From IMG/VR virus record IMGVR_UViG_3300021962_000059: a stretch of 64,000 nt of DNA, one strand, 5' to 3'. Under the pieces are notes generated by a model. The model ran no database searches. It was given only the letters and a program-made list of their open reading frames with translations, and had not been told where the DNA came from. Positions 32,242 through 40,661 of this stretch are shown here, one piece after another. The position numbers and the translations under genes are program-made. Each line of letters opens with the position of its first letter. Within the stretch, counting starts at the first letter, position 1. Source of the stretch: a virus.

Positions 32242-32490
32242 CTACTCTAACAACCCTAGCATTCCTTCAATATTAGGACGGTCGTTTTCTTCTGATTTTT
32301 CGTAAGCCGCTTTTATAGCTTTATCAATCCAATCATTAATTTGATCATGCCTAATTTCTTCATAATCGGTTTTATCATCAATTTCGTTTTCACTCTTAAT
32401 TCCTATATTTGAATAAAGTAATAAGAAATTGTATAAATCAATTTCGTTGACCGATTATATTAACTTTTTAAGAACTTGTTTAGCGTCCAT
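32242..32490 (-). other. 83-codon frame with an in-frame TAA at codon 12
   Basis: MDAKQVLKKLI[TAA 32455-32457]SVNEIDLYNFLLLYSNIGIKSENEIDDKTDYEEIRHDQINDWIDKAIKAAYEKSEENDRPNIEGMLGLLE*. After the TAA there is no in-frame start until near the end. Confidence 0.25.
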
Positions 32491-32518
32491 TGTTATTTCT
32501 CCTTTTTTGTACTAGCTT

Positions 32519-32938
32519 TTATCGCCACCACAATCTATGAACGATAGTAGTTATATCATCAGTCACAACTTTTACTATAGCCCCTTTCCATGAAGAGTTT
32601 TTATTTGGGTTATATTCTGTTCTTTCCCACATTTTGTTATCCTTAATCTTCCAAATTTTAGGCAAAGAATAACTGCAACAGAGGTTTGTATTTGGTTCCC
32701 ATTCGTTTCCTATGTATTTTCGCCACTTACGGGCAGTAGTTAAATTAATTTCATAAAGGTTTGCAATTTCTCCATCGGTAAAAGTTTCGCCAGACTCAAT
32801 TAAATTAGGGATAATGTATGACTTAGCAAAAAACCTTTGATCATCATTTAATACATTAAGGGTTACTAAATTTGTCGGCATTTTATCTGTCCTAAGTGTA
32901 ACTTGTTTTGAAATAATTACATTTTCATTGGTTGCCAA
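32519..32938 (-). CDS. HTH protein, paralogue family member 3 (139 aa)
   Basis: FTDGEIANLYEINLTTARKWR...NLCCSYSLPKIWKIKDNKMWERTEY. Confidence 0.5.
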   Translation of the reverse strand: MATNENVIISKQVTLRTDKMPTNLVTLNVLNDDQRFFAKSYIIPNLIESGETFTDGEIANLYEINLTTARKWRKYIGNEWEPNTNLCCSYSLPKIWKIKDNKMWERTEYNPNKNSSWKGAIVKVVTDDITTIVHRLWWR

Positions 32939-33315
32939 TTAATTGATATTTTTAGTTTATCATAAGTTCCAGCTTTTATAAAGCCACACTCTTCTAAATA
33001 TTCTATTAAAGATTTAATTCGTTTTCTAGGAAAGCCTAAAATATCAGCTAATTGAGTAATATTAGTCATTGTAAATTTGCCGTTATTTTTTTCTTTGATT
33101 GACTTTGCAGTAGATATAATAGCTTGTCCTTTTATAGCCAAGTAAGCTTTTAAGTTGCCATGATATCGTTGACCTTTTGCTGTTTTTAAAGAGTTAATTA
33201 TAGCAGTCTCATTGCCGTCAAAACACAAGTTGCAAGGATTAACATAGCAAGGGCATTTATACAGATAAGTACCGTCGGGAAAAGATTGTTCCTTTGGAAT
33301 GATTTGTGTTGACAT
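32917..33315 (-). CDS. Cys-cluster plus winged-helix-like protein (132 aa)
   Basis: N-terminal CPCYVNPCNLCFDG. C-terminal ITQLADILGFPRKRIKSLIEYLEECGFIK. Confidence 0.4.
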   Translation of the reverse strand: MSTQIIPKEQSFPDGTYLYKCPCYVNPCNLCFDGNETAIINSLKTAKGQRYHGNLKAYLAIKGQAIISTAKSIKEKNNGKFTMTNITQLADILGFPRKRIKSLIEYLEECGFIKAGTYDKLKISINWQPMKM

Positions 33316-34857
33316 TTATTTATCCTGAGTGTAATTTGTTTTTTGTTGAGATGCTCGTTCAATTTCTCTAGCTAAATAGCCGATATGAAGGGATTGAATA
33401 CTAGGGCAATCAGTAACTATTTGACGGATTAGCTTTAAAGGATTCTTGCCTTCCCATTTTCCCACAAATTCACCATTAGGGGTTAGCTGACCAACTGTGA
33501 TATTGTTCCCATCCGTTTCTACTAAAAAGTTACCAGTAGGGTCACTGTAAGATTGAATCTCTTTATTAATAATTGATTGATATTGATTATTAATTAGCTG
33601 TTCTACGTTTTCCCAACAGTCATCGTAAATATGGGCTGATTGACTAATAGTAATCAGTGGACCCATTGTTAAATCGTAGTCGGACTGACTAGCAATTCCA
33701 TCTCTGATATGATGCTGTAAAGCCCGCAATCCCATTGCGTTAGCTGGCCAAGCGGAAAACATATCATTACTCCTAAAGGTAGCTGTCAGTGACAATTCAT
33801 TATCTACTACTCTTACCCAAATATGATTAAGGCAAGGTGAACCGCCGTGATTATGGTCTGAATCACCCTTTTTTCTTTCTCCTCGCACGATTGTATTATA
33901 ATCGTTGTTACGCCAACTGTTATGTTCGGCAAGTATTTGATAGTTTCCACTTCCACTATCCCATAAAGACATAACGGCACTAGCTGAGTCAATTTCTTTG
34001 ACTAATTTATTGATAACTGCTTTAATTTGATCTTGACCAAACCAAGAACGCAATCGTTGACCATAGGTATATTTAACCCCTTCTCGATAATCAGCATCAT
34101 CAAGTATTTGTGGAATATAGTTCTTTAGATACTCTTTATCTAAAGGTAAGTAATTGGGTTCGGGAAAGTAAAAGTCTTCTGGTTCATCGGTAACTATCGC
34201 CATTAAGTCGATTAATTCTTGCCATTTACCATCATACCCAGTCGGTCTGATAGTGCCAGTGGTTTTGATTCTTTGCAGTATTTTTATCCAAGTTTCAGCA
34301 ATAGTTTTACCTTCAATCCGATGACCATAGAGCGGACCAGGTTTTACCTCTGATGTGGGTTCATTGTAGGGAAAGACCATTGGTTCTGCCCACGGTTTCA
34401 CTTTAGAGTATTGATTTAAGCTCTTTATCTCTACTATCCAATCAAGATTTGAGACTACATTAATTGAAGACCGTGATTGATTTAAAACTTCCAAAGGAAT
34501 ATCTATATCAATATACCCTTTTACCAAAGAGTCAATTATCCAGCACGGTTTCCCTACATCGTTTTTTCCTTTATAAACTCCATTTTCAAAGAAATCTTTT
34601 AGGCATTGAACACTACCAGAATTTTTGTCTTCACGGGTTGAATTTATTACAACAAGATAACGAACGTGGGGATTAGCTAACAAATTACGGACTAAAAAGT
34701 TAATTCCCCTTGATGCGCTATAAAGATTACCAATCACGGCATAATCAGAGGGATCAAGTTTTGAAGCTACCGACTTAGCGGGAGTCCATCCTGTACAGAT
34801 AGCTATATGGCCTGTTCCGATGATTAATTGATTAGGTTTGTAGATTGCGTTAAACAT
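33316..34857 (-). CDS. ThyA-superfamily dUMP C5-(hydroxy)methylase fused to an N-terminal MtrA-like (DUF4346) domain
   Basis: The C-terminal half has GGSPCLNHIWVRVVDNELSLTATFRSNDMFSAWPANAMGL. This aligns with ThyA PCH..QFYV and RS.D...G.PFN and keeps the Asn that specifies uracil. The N-terminal LYSASRGINFLVRNLLANPHVRYLVV resembles DUF4346/MtrA. Confidence 0.6.
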   Translation of the reverse strand: MFNAIYKPNQLIIGTGHIAICTGWTPAKSVASKLDPSDYAVIGNLYSASRGINFLVRNLLANPHVRYLVVINSTREDKNSGSVQCLKDFFENGVYKGKNDVGKPCWIIDSLVKGYIDIDIPLEVLNQSRSSINVVSNLDWIVEIKSLNQYSKVKPWAEPMVFPYNEPTSEVKPGPLYGHRIEGKTIAETWIKILQRIKTTGTIRPTGYDGKWQELIDLMAIVTDEPEDFYFPEPNYLPLDKEYLKNYIPQILDDADYREGVKYTYGQRLRSWFGQDQIKAVINKLVKEIDSASAVMSLWDSGSGNYQILAEHNSWRNNDYNTIVRGERKKGDSDHNHGGSPCLNHIWVRVVDNELSLTATFRSNDMFSAWPANAMGLRALQHHIRDGIASQSDYDLTMGPLITISQSAHIYDDCWENVEQLINNQYQSIINKEIQSYSDPTGNFLVETDGNNITVGQLTPNGEFVGKWEGKNPLKLIRQIVTDCPSIQSLHIGYLAREIERASQQKTNYTQDK

Positions 34858-34993
34858 TAGCCTTTCCTTTTTCTTTGAGATTTGGTTGTTTCCAAGTTTC
34901 TATTTCTTTGAGAAATGAATCGGACTTAGGTTTCCAGTTCTCTATTTTTTCTAGAAGCAAGTCCAGTTTTGCATTAATTTCTTCAAGAGTCAT
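34850..34993 (-). CDS. Small helical protein (47 aa, below cutoff)
   Basis: MTLEEINAKLDLLLEKIENWKPKSDSFLKEIETWKQPNLKEKGKANV. Its stop overlaps the next ATG. Confidence 0.35.
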   Translation of the reverse strand: MTLEEINAKLDLLLEKIENWKPKSDSFLKEIETWKQPNLKEKGKANV

Positions 34994-35132
34994 AATTGAT
35001 TTTACCTCTACTTTGTTCAACAGATTCTATTTCTGTTAATGTTTTTTTGATTGATTCTTTTTCGTTGGTAAGCAATTCTCTTACTTCTTGAAAAAGAATT
35101 GATATTCTTTTGTCAATTTCTACAGTATTCAT
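34983..35132 (-). CDS. Small helical protein (49 aa, below cutoff)
   Basis: MNTVEIDKRISILFQEVRELLTNEKESIKKTLTEIESVEQSRGKINYDS. Its stop overlaps the next ATG. Confidence 0.35.
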   Translation of the reverse strand: MNTVEIDKRISILFQEVRELLTNEKESIKKTLTEIESVEQSRGKINYDS

Positions 35133-35201
35133 GGAGAATTTCTTTGTGCTAATTTTTACTATCTGGCATCAATCTAATAACCAATAACTGACATTGCGGC
35201 A

Positions 35202-35405
35202 CTACTCTGTTTTTGGGAAAGGATTATCACCTAATCCCCACTGGTGTTTAAGAAGAGCGTTGTACATATTTTCCCTGACTATCATTTGTTCATAAAGCTT
35301 GATCAGAAAATCCTGCGCTTGTTCGTGACTCATTTCTTGTACCTGAATACGAAAAGAACGAATACTAAACTGCTGTTCTAATGAAAGTTTGGTAGGTTGA
35401 GACAT
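35202..35405 (-). CDS. nblA: Phycobilisome degradation protein NblA
   Basis: MSQPTKLSLEQQFSIRSFRIQVQEMSHEQAQDFLIKLYEQMIVRENMYNALLKHQWGL follows the NblA family pattern and is very close to Anabaena/Nostoc NblA as I recall it. Start moved to the internal Met. Confidence 0.8.
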   Translation of the reverse strand: MSQPTKLSLEQQFSIRSFRIQVQEMSHEQAQDFLIKLYEQMIVRENMYNALLKHQWGLGDNPFPKTE

Positions 35406-35418
35406 AATTGCTCCTAAG

Positions 35419-35610
35419 TTAAAATTCAGACTCTTCCTTCTGGGGTTCATATCTATTATCAAAGTCTTCCAATGTTTGTTTTAAGCAATGATAAAAGCCG
35501 TTAAATTCGTCAAAGGGTTCCCAATCTTCTTTGTGCTTTTCCAGAAGCTTTCTTGCTAACTCTGGTTCGATGGGAACGTAAATGTAATCTTCTAGTGATT
35601 TATCTTGCAT
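35419..35610 (-). CDS. Hypothetical acidic protein (63 aa)
   Basis: Intact ORF on the operon strand. Confidence 0.4.
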   Translation of the reverse strand: MQDKSLEDYIYVPIEPELARKLLEKHKEDWEPFDEFNGFYHCLKQTLEDFDNRYEPQKEESEF

Positions 35611-35621
35611 AGCATCTCTTT

Positions 35622-35813
35622 TTAGATAATTATCTGCTTTTGATCGCCGCCTTTCTGGAGTATTAACTGACTATCTTCTTTGGCATATAAAGCCATAAGT
35701 TTTAATCCTTTGCAAATGACTTCAGACTCTGTTAAGCCTAGCTGTTTGGCTATTTCTTCAAGGTGTTCTGAGTCTTTTTTACATAAGTTGATTTCCCATT
35801 TGTGAATACCCAT
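35622..35813 (-). CDS. Hypothetical small protein (63 aa)
   Basis: Intact ORF. A possible HTH-like segment is LEEIAKQLGLTESEVICKGL. Confidence 0.4.
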   Translation of the reverse strand: MGIHKWEINLCKKDSEHLEEIAKQLGLTESEVICKGLKLMALYAKEDSQLILQKGGDQKQIII

Positions 35814-35816
35814 GAT

Positions 35817-35912
35817 TTAATTTTTTCCTAAATAAAACCAGTAAAACCATAGAATCACTATCGCAATATTTAACATAAAAAATGTTAAATACATCAACAA
35901 TTGTTTTGACAT
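35817..35912 (-). CDS. 31 aa hydrophobic peptide (below cutoff)
   Basis: MSKQLLMYLTFFMLNIAIVILWFYWFYLGKN. Its stop lies 3 nt before the next ATG. Confidence 0.3.
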   Translation of the reverse strand: MSKQLLMYLTFFMLNIAIVILWFYWFYLGKN

Positions 35913-35965
35913 ATTTTTTGTTTCTATAAATTTACCATAACTAAACTATACGGCTTCTTACTTGA

Positions 35966-35994
35966 ATTGTCAAGATAATTTTGATACACTAAGA
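35966..35994 (+). promoter_or_regulatory. Promoter TTGTCA-N17-TAAGAT within a GAATTGTCAAG box
   Basis: The plus strand reads cTTGAATTGTCAagataattttgatacacTAAGAT, upstream of ATG 36019. The TTG start in the ORF track lies inside the -35 box. Confidence 0.5.
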
Positions 35995-36018
35995 TTAGAT
36001 AAATTTATATTAGTACAA

Positions 36019-36453
36019 ATGTTCGACACTGCTATTGGAGTTGCTGGGAAATTTTTAGAAAATCCCATAATTAAGGCTAATGCCTCCCTATCTTTTTCCG
36101 TGGCTACAGGTTCGACTGTAACTACGGATAGCGTAGGTAATCCGATTATAAGCCCTACAGCGATGGAATCCGTAGTAATTGCCTGTTGGTTACATCAAAC
36201 AAAACCTTCTGTGGCAGAAGTGCAAGAGGGTAGCTATCTCGATTGTGAATACTTTGAAGGAAGATTGGTAAAGCCTAGAGACTACCCTTTTCCAATTAGA
36301 ACTACAGGGGAACTGCAAGTAACAATTAATGGCAGAATCGGTCTTGTTAGGCAGTTAAATGTATTTGAATCGCCGACAAGTCAACAGTTAGGAATTGCCG
36401 CAAAATTAGGACGTAGGATTAAACTTTATGCAAGGTTTGAGCAAGGTAGTTAA
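36019..36453 (+). CDS. Hypothetical protein (144 aa from the ATG)
   Basis: An isolated plus-strand ORF in a minus-strand region, with its own promoter. Confidence 0.45.
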   Translation: MFDTAIGVAGKFLENPIIKANASLSFSVATGSTVTTDSVGNPIISPTAMESVVIACWLHQTKPSVAEVQEGSYLDCEYFEGRLVKPRDYPFPIRTTGELQVTINGRIGLVRQLNVFESPTSQQLGIAAKLGRRIKLYARFEQGS

Positions 36454-36597
36454 CTTTCAGAACCTTTTAGATAACCGAGGTATCCAGAGACAATTGCTGT
36501 AATAACATTGCCGTAAGTATCGCTAGTTTCAGGAGTAAAGAAAGAATGAATCAAGCAGGCAAAGACAATTAAAACACAGACAATAGATGGGTCTAAT

Positions 36598-37011
36598 TTA
36601 AGGTGTGGCATTATCGTTATCATCATCCTCTATAAAAATTTTCTTTATAATCGGTTTATCACTAATTGTTAACTTTAATTCGTCTTTATGCCATTTTGTA
36701 AAGATTGGATCGTATCCATAAATATATTTTAAGCTGTCCCCGACAATAATCCCTGCTTTTTTTAAACCATCATTGACGTATTTTGCACTACCACAAATAT
36801 TATCAGGGTCACGTCCAAAATTTTTAATTCGCCATTCGTAAAGTAGCCATACTTTATCAGGAAACCGTGGAATTTCTTGTTCTATGATAAGTTTTTGTAT
36901 GTCAAAATCCCATTGTTTTTTAGTAGTCGCACTTTTAAATTTGTTTGCACGAGCCAACCTTATCTGTTCATTGAGAGTCGGGGGAAGTGGACAGATGAAA
37001 ACGGCTTTCAT
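36598..37011 (-). CDS. rusA: RusA-family Holliday junction resolvase
   Basis: LPPTLNEQIRLA...GRDPDNICGSAKYVNDGLKKAGIIVGDS matches the RusA motifs (P-x-x-N, D-x-DN, DD/GD). Confidence 0.6.
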   Translation of the reverse strand: MKAVFICPLPPTLNEQIRLARANKFKSATTKKQWDFDIQKLIIEQEIPRFPDKVWLLYEWRIKNFGRDPDNICGSAKYVNDGLKKAGIIVGDSLKYIYGYDPIFTKWHKDELKLTISDKPIIKKIFIEDDDNDNATP

Positions 37012-37679
37012 AAGCTTATTGGGCGATACTTCTTAAATACCATTAACAAATCGTCGGGAATTGTACCAAGCTGACCAGTTCCATAGTTAATTTTTGCCTC
37101 TTCAAAAGGTAATTCTACAGACGAAACACCTTTAAAAGAACCTGTATTACACACCCAATCTAAAATACGACCAAAAGCCGCTTTTATTTCTCTTGTTTGT
37201 CGGTTATCTTGAGAGAAGTCAATACCGCTAGAATATTCCACGTCAGCCTCGGAAAACTCAGGATATGGCTCACGATTATAGCCATGATAACCCCAATATC
37301 CCCACGATCTACTGATTGCAGTAGATAAATGGATCTGACCATCAATATCGATTATATAATCGTTAGAACCTAGAGTTTGCCAACTGTCAGGAGCGATAGC
37401 CCGATTAAATCCGTCGGTAATATTGCCTAATCTAGCTTTAATTATCGGAGCGGGGTTGCTGACAAGTGGAGTATTTATACTGACATAAGTTAATCTAAAA
37501 TTTTGGAATTTTAGATTAACTCTTAGCTTTTCCCGGTGACGGGTAATCTCTAAAGGTCGATCCGCTCCTCTATCGCCTTCGATAATTGATTGGACAAAGT
37601 AAATCGCACCAGTGACGGCATCTTCTGGTAAAGATACCGATGGTGCGAATAGTAGGAGGTCATCAAGGCTAAAAATCAT
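37008..37679 (-). CDS. Hypothetical head-completion / connector protein (223 aa)
   Basis: Called by position, downstream of the MCP. ATGA overlap with rusA. Confidence 0.3.
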   Translation of the reverse strand: MIFSLDDLLLFAPSVSLPEDAVTGAIYFVQSIIEGDRGADRPLEITRHREKLRVNLKFQNFRLTYVSINTPLVSNPAPIIKARLGNITDGFNRAIAPDSWQTLGSNDYIIDIDGQIHLSTAISRSWGYWGYHGYNREPYPEFSEADVEYSSGIDFSQDNRQTREIKAAFGRILDWVCNTGSFKGVSSVELPFEEAKINYGTGQLGTIPDDLLMVFKKYRPISL

Positions 37680-37891
37680 TAGTTTGATTTACTCAATAGA
37701 GGGCATGAGTTGTCATGAACCGGACAAAATGGACGATGATCGAGATCAGTTCTGAGTTGACCTTTACACCGGTTACAGACTGGATAGCCCAATGCTTTTA
37801 GATTGTTATAAGTGACTTCATTGGTTCCATTTGTTGGGGGAATGTTTTTAACAGTTGGAGTTTCTTCGATGGTGGGTTCTTTGCTTGCCAT
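37679..37891 (-). CDS. Small zinc-ribbon protein (70 aa)
   Basis: CNRCKG...CPVHDNSC. Confidence 0.4.
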   Translation of the reverse strand: MASKEPTIEETPTVKNIPPTNGTNEVTYNNLKALGYPVCNRCKGQLRTDLDHRPFCPVHDNSCPLLSKSN

Positions 37892-37911
37892 AATTGTTAG
37901 AAAGATAGGGT

Positions 37912-39810
37912 TTATACGGCCACGTCTAGGGTTCTTAATTCAGCTACTCGCAACTGTTGAGAAGCTTCACCAGTACCTACGGGGTCAACGTCTAAGGTTT
38001 TATATCCGAGCCACGCTAACCAAGTTGCGCGAATCCGACGATCAAATTGAGTGACATTATCAAAAGTGATTTGAAACGGCATCCCTACTCCAACACCTAA
38101 CGCACCGGCTCCAATTAAATAACCAGTACGGGTAGTTTTAGCACCTAAAGAACCGCCTAATGTTTCGCTTTGAACACCGGGTTGGCCAGCCGCTCCGACA
38201 CCGACGCTATTGCCAGTTTCAAAGATATGGAATTTTTCGACTAATCCTAAATACGAGCTAACCCTTCCAGTATCCCCAGGGGGAATATAAGACGGATTGA
38301 GGATATTTAGTAAAGCGTCAAGATCACGAGTCGTATTTGCTTGCCAATCGTCATCGTAACTCTCTTTTAATTGCAGAATTTGAGTCGAATTTAGGAATAA
38401 CAGATACGTCTGGTCAGGATACATTTGGAACCTGTTATCGTGGGCATATTGGTACAATCGCCGCAAGAATCCTTTGGTAAAAGTTCCATCATCTCCTGTT
38501 GCTGATAGTCCAGTGGGGGAGGTAACAAGACTGCCTTTTTTGTTATATAAATGCAGTGACGTGCTATCAAGCATAGTTTTGATCATGGTATTATCAAAAC
38601 TTGCATAGTCGTAATACAGCGTATTCTGCATCCAATCAAGCATTCCCATCGCACTAAAATATTCAGTGAAAGTTGGGATAGAAACAGGTCGGATTGCAGT
38701 AGAAGCTCCTACTTTACCGCGTCCATATTCAAAGATTTCTGCCGATACGCTAGACGCACTATTATTATCTGATTCAGAAGTCAGATCAGCATACTCACCC
38801 TTTCCTGATAGTTGATAGTCGCTTACCGACGGGGAACTGGTTAAATAATTCAGTCTAGGAATACGAATAACAGTTCCATTACGAGCCGTAAAGTCTAAGG
38901 CATAATTAGGAATCTGCCAAAATGCAAACCCAGGGATTTGGGTTGTACGGAGAATTGCTGACAAAGTGTCAAGAAAAAACGGGGGCAGATCCGCCGCAGT
39001 CGTTGGGCTATTTTTTGAAACTTGACCGCCCATTACAGGGGCCGAACGAGTCCCTCTAAACCAGCCTTGTTTGCGTCCCCAATCATCTAAAGAGTTGACA
39101 ATCTGTTGTCGGTTATTTTTGACATGGCGATCTAATCGTACTTTATCGTACAGGTTTACTGTTTGATTACCGCCCATTACAGGAGCCGAATAGATTACAC
39201 CAGAATTTTTCTGAATGTCCTCGATTAGCTCAAAGGTTTCGTCAAGCGCACCTGTAATTTTATCGGCATCATGGGCGACGGTTTTATTGAAGTTAGGCAA
39301 CTGCATTTTTTCTGGTGTTTGGCTACCGTGAAGCTTTCCTAAGTCAGTAAAGTTGTTAATCGTCTTTTCCGACTCAGTGACTTTAGTTTCTAGTTGAGCG
39401 ATTTTCTTGTGGGATTCTTGGATAGCTTCCGTGGCAGAATTGAGAGAAGCTTCTAGGGTAGCTTTCGTAGCCTCGAATTGTTGCTTTTGGGCTTCTAATG
39501 CCGATTGTTTTTCCAATTCCATCGCTTGCTTTACCGATTCAACGGTTGCCGTCACGGTATTTTGTACAAGCTCTTGAAGCATTTTGGGGTCAAAAGCTGG
39601 CGCGGGAGCAGTAGCGGTAACAGGAGTAGGTTCGGGGTCAGAATTTTTAACTGGTACACCACCACCATCAGAAGACTTTAAATCACCTCGAAAAGCCGCT
39701 TTTTTAGTCAAGGTAAAGACTTCCTCTTGAGAAGGAGCATCACTTCCTTCTGCTGAATCTTTAATAACTACGGGAGTAACCCGCTTAATTTCTTTTAGGG
39801 TACTTTTCAT
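37912..39810 (-). CDS. Major capsid protein with an N-terminal coiled-coil (delta/scaffold-like) domain
   Basis: 632 aa. The N-terminal ~170 aa are Ala/Glu/Gln-rich coiled coil, followed by a large alpha/beta domain. It lies directly after the protease gene. Confidence 0.6.
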   Translation of the reverse strand: MKSTLKEIKRVTPVVIKDSAEGSDAPSQEEVFTLTKKAAFRGDLKSSDGGGVPVKNSDPEPTPVTATAPAPAFDPKMLQELVQNTVTATVESVKQAMELEKQSALEAQKQQFEATKATLEASLNSATEAIQESHKKIAQLETKVTESEKTINNFTDLGKLHGSQTPEKMQLPNFNKTVAHDADKITGALDETFELIEDIQKNSGVIYSAPVMGGNQTVNLYDKVRLDRHVKNNRQQIVNSLDDWGRKQGWFRGTRSAPVMGGQVSKNSPTTAADLPPFFLDTLSAILRTTQIPGFAFWQIPNYALDFTARNGTVIRIPRLNYLTSSPSVSDYQLSGKGEYADLTSESDNNSASSVSAEIFEYGRGKVGASTAIRPVSIPTFTEYFSAMGMLDWMQNTLYYDYASFDNTMIKTMLDSTSLHLYNKKGSLVTSPTGLSATGDDGTFTKGFLRRLYQYAHDNRFQMYPDQTYLLFLNSTQILQLKESYDDDWQANTTRDLDALLNILNPSYIPPGDTGRVSSYLGLVEKFHIFETGNSVGVGAAGQPGVQSETLGGSLGAKTTRTGYLIGAGALGVGVGMPFQITFDNVTQFDRRIRATWLAWLGYKTLDVDPVGTGEASQQLRVAELRTLDVAV

Positions 39811-39832
39811 TACTGATTACTGATCACTAACT
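39811..39832 (-). repeat. Heptamer repeats abutting the MCP start
   Basis: The minus strand reads TTAGTGA TCAGTAA TCAGTA, then ATG 39810. Confidence 0.7.
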
Positions 39833-39851
39833 ATTAAATACAATTGTAGTA

Positions 39852-39865
39852 CAGAACTTTCTGTT
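39852..39865. promoter_or_regulatory. Palindrome ACAGAA-CT-TTCTGT (third copy of the operator core)
   Basis: Same half-sites as 13851-13882 and 62623-62642. Lies between the protease stop and the MCP start. Confidence 0.35.
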
Positions 39866-40585
39866 TTAGTTAAAAACAAAAGTATTAAGACGGGAATCTA
39901 CTAATCTCGCCTGACGACAATTGCCACTGGTAACGAAACTGCATTCGATGGAGTCCATCTTTCCGGATCGGCGATAGTAAGGGGTTAGGATTTCTTCATC
40001 TACTAATCCAGCCATATAAGGGGGATAGTGAGGGCATTTAGGATCGCTGTAGGGAATATCACAGATAGGGCAAATCGACTCACCATAGAAAAACCCGCCC
40101 ATTGAAACATCGGCTTTCCGTCCATAGGAAATCTCAGAAATAATCGGGTGAGTCGCTTCTACAAAACCAAAAACCAAGACTTGATGATAACCGTCTTTTT
40201 GAATTATTCGATAATCTTCGCTTGGATTAGGGGATTTTTCGAGGATTCTTGCTATCCCCTCTTTACTTACGCGGGGCAAAGAATAAATTAAGGAATCATA
40301 AATCATGCCAAAAGTTTTGGTCTGATCGTCCCATTCATGATCGATCATCAAAGCGCATCCGGGATAACTAGCCACCATAGTTTCTAGGGCATTTTTATCC
40401 CAGACTTGCAAAGAACTGTGAATTAAGTTATTTGAGGCAATTAAAGCGAATCGCATTAACTCCGATGGTTCCCACGGATCGAGTCCGTAAGGTTTAAATT
40501 GGTTGATTAATTGCATCTCGTCATCGGTGGGGTGACGAGTCTCTAGTAATTGCTCTAATTCAGCGCGGGTTAATTTTAGTTCCAT
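39866..40585 (-). CDS. Prohead protease (or scaffold) candidate
   Basis: Lies between the MuF-like gene and the MCP. ALMIDHEWDDQTKTFGMIY and DVSMGG loosely resemble S78/U35 protease motifs. Also has a Cys4 cluster. Confidence 0.4.
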   Translation of the reverse strand: MELKLTRAELEQLLETRHPTDDEMQLINQFKPYGLDPWEPSELMRFALIASNNLIHSSLQVWDKNALETMVASYPGCALMIDHEWDDQTKTFGMIYDSLIYSLPRVSKEGIARILEKSPNPSEDYRIIQKDGYHQVLVFGFVEATHPIISEISYGRKADVSMGGFFYGESICPICDIPYSDPKCPHYPPYMAGLVDEEILTPYYRRSGKMDSIECSFVTSGNCRQARLVDSRLNTFVFN

Positions 40586-40626
40586 AGCGATAAAAAATAC
40601 TTATACAAACAATTCTATCTAAAGAC

Positions 40627-40655
40627 TTGACGTTTATAGTTGGTTGATGTATATT
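40627..40655 (+). promoter_or_regulatory. Plus-strand promoter TTGACG-N17-TATATT in a minus-strand intergenic gap
   Basis: -35 at 40627-40632, 17 bp spacer, -10 at 40650-40655. Confidence 0.5.
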
Positions 40656-40661
40656 AATAGA

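Noticed and set aside
6564-32457. Genome-wide stop-codon reassignment (TAG or TAA read as sense), suggested by three in-frame stops
   Set aside because: TAG and TAA end many well-supported genes at the expected lengths. Examples are TAG at 2842 and 10277, and TAA at 3870, 7644 and 40769. The long structural and replication genes are intact under the standard code. Both tRNA-like elements lack a CUA or UUA anticodon in a canonical loop.
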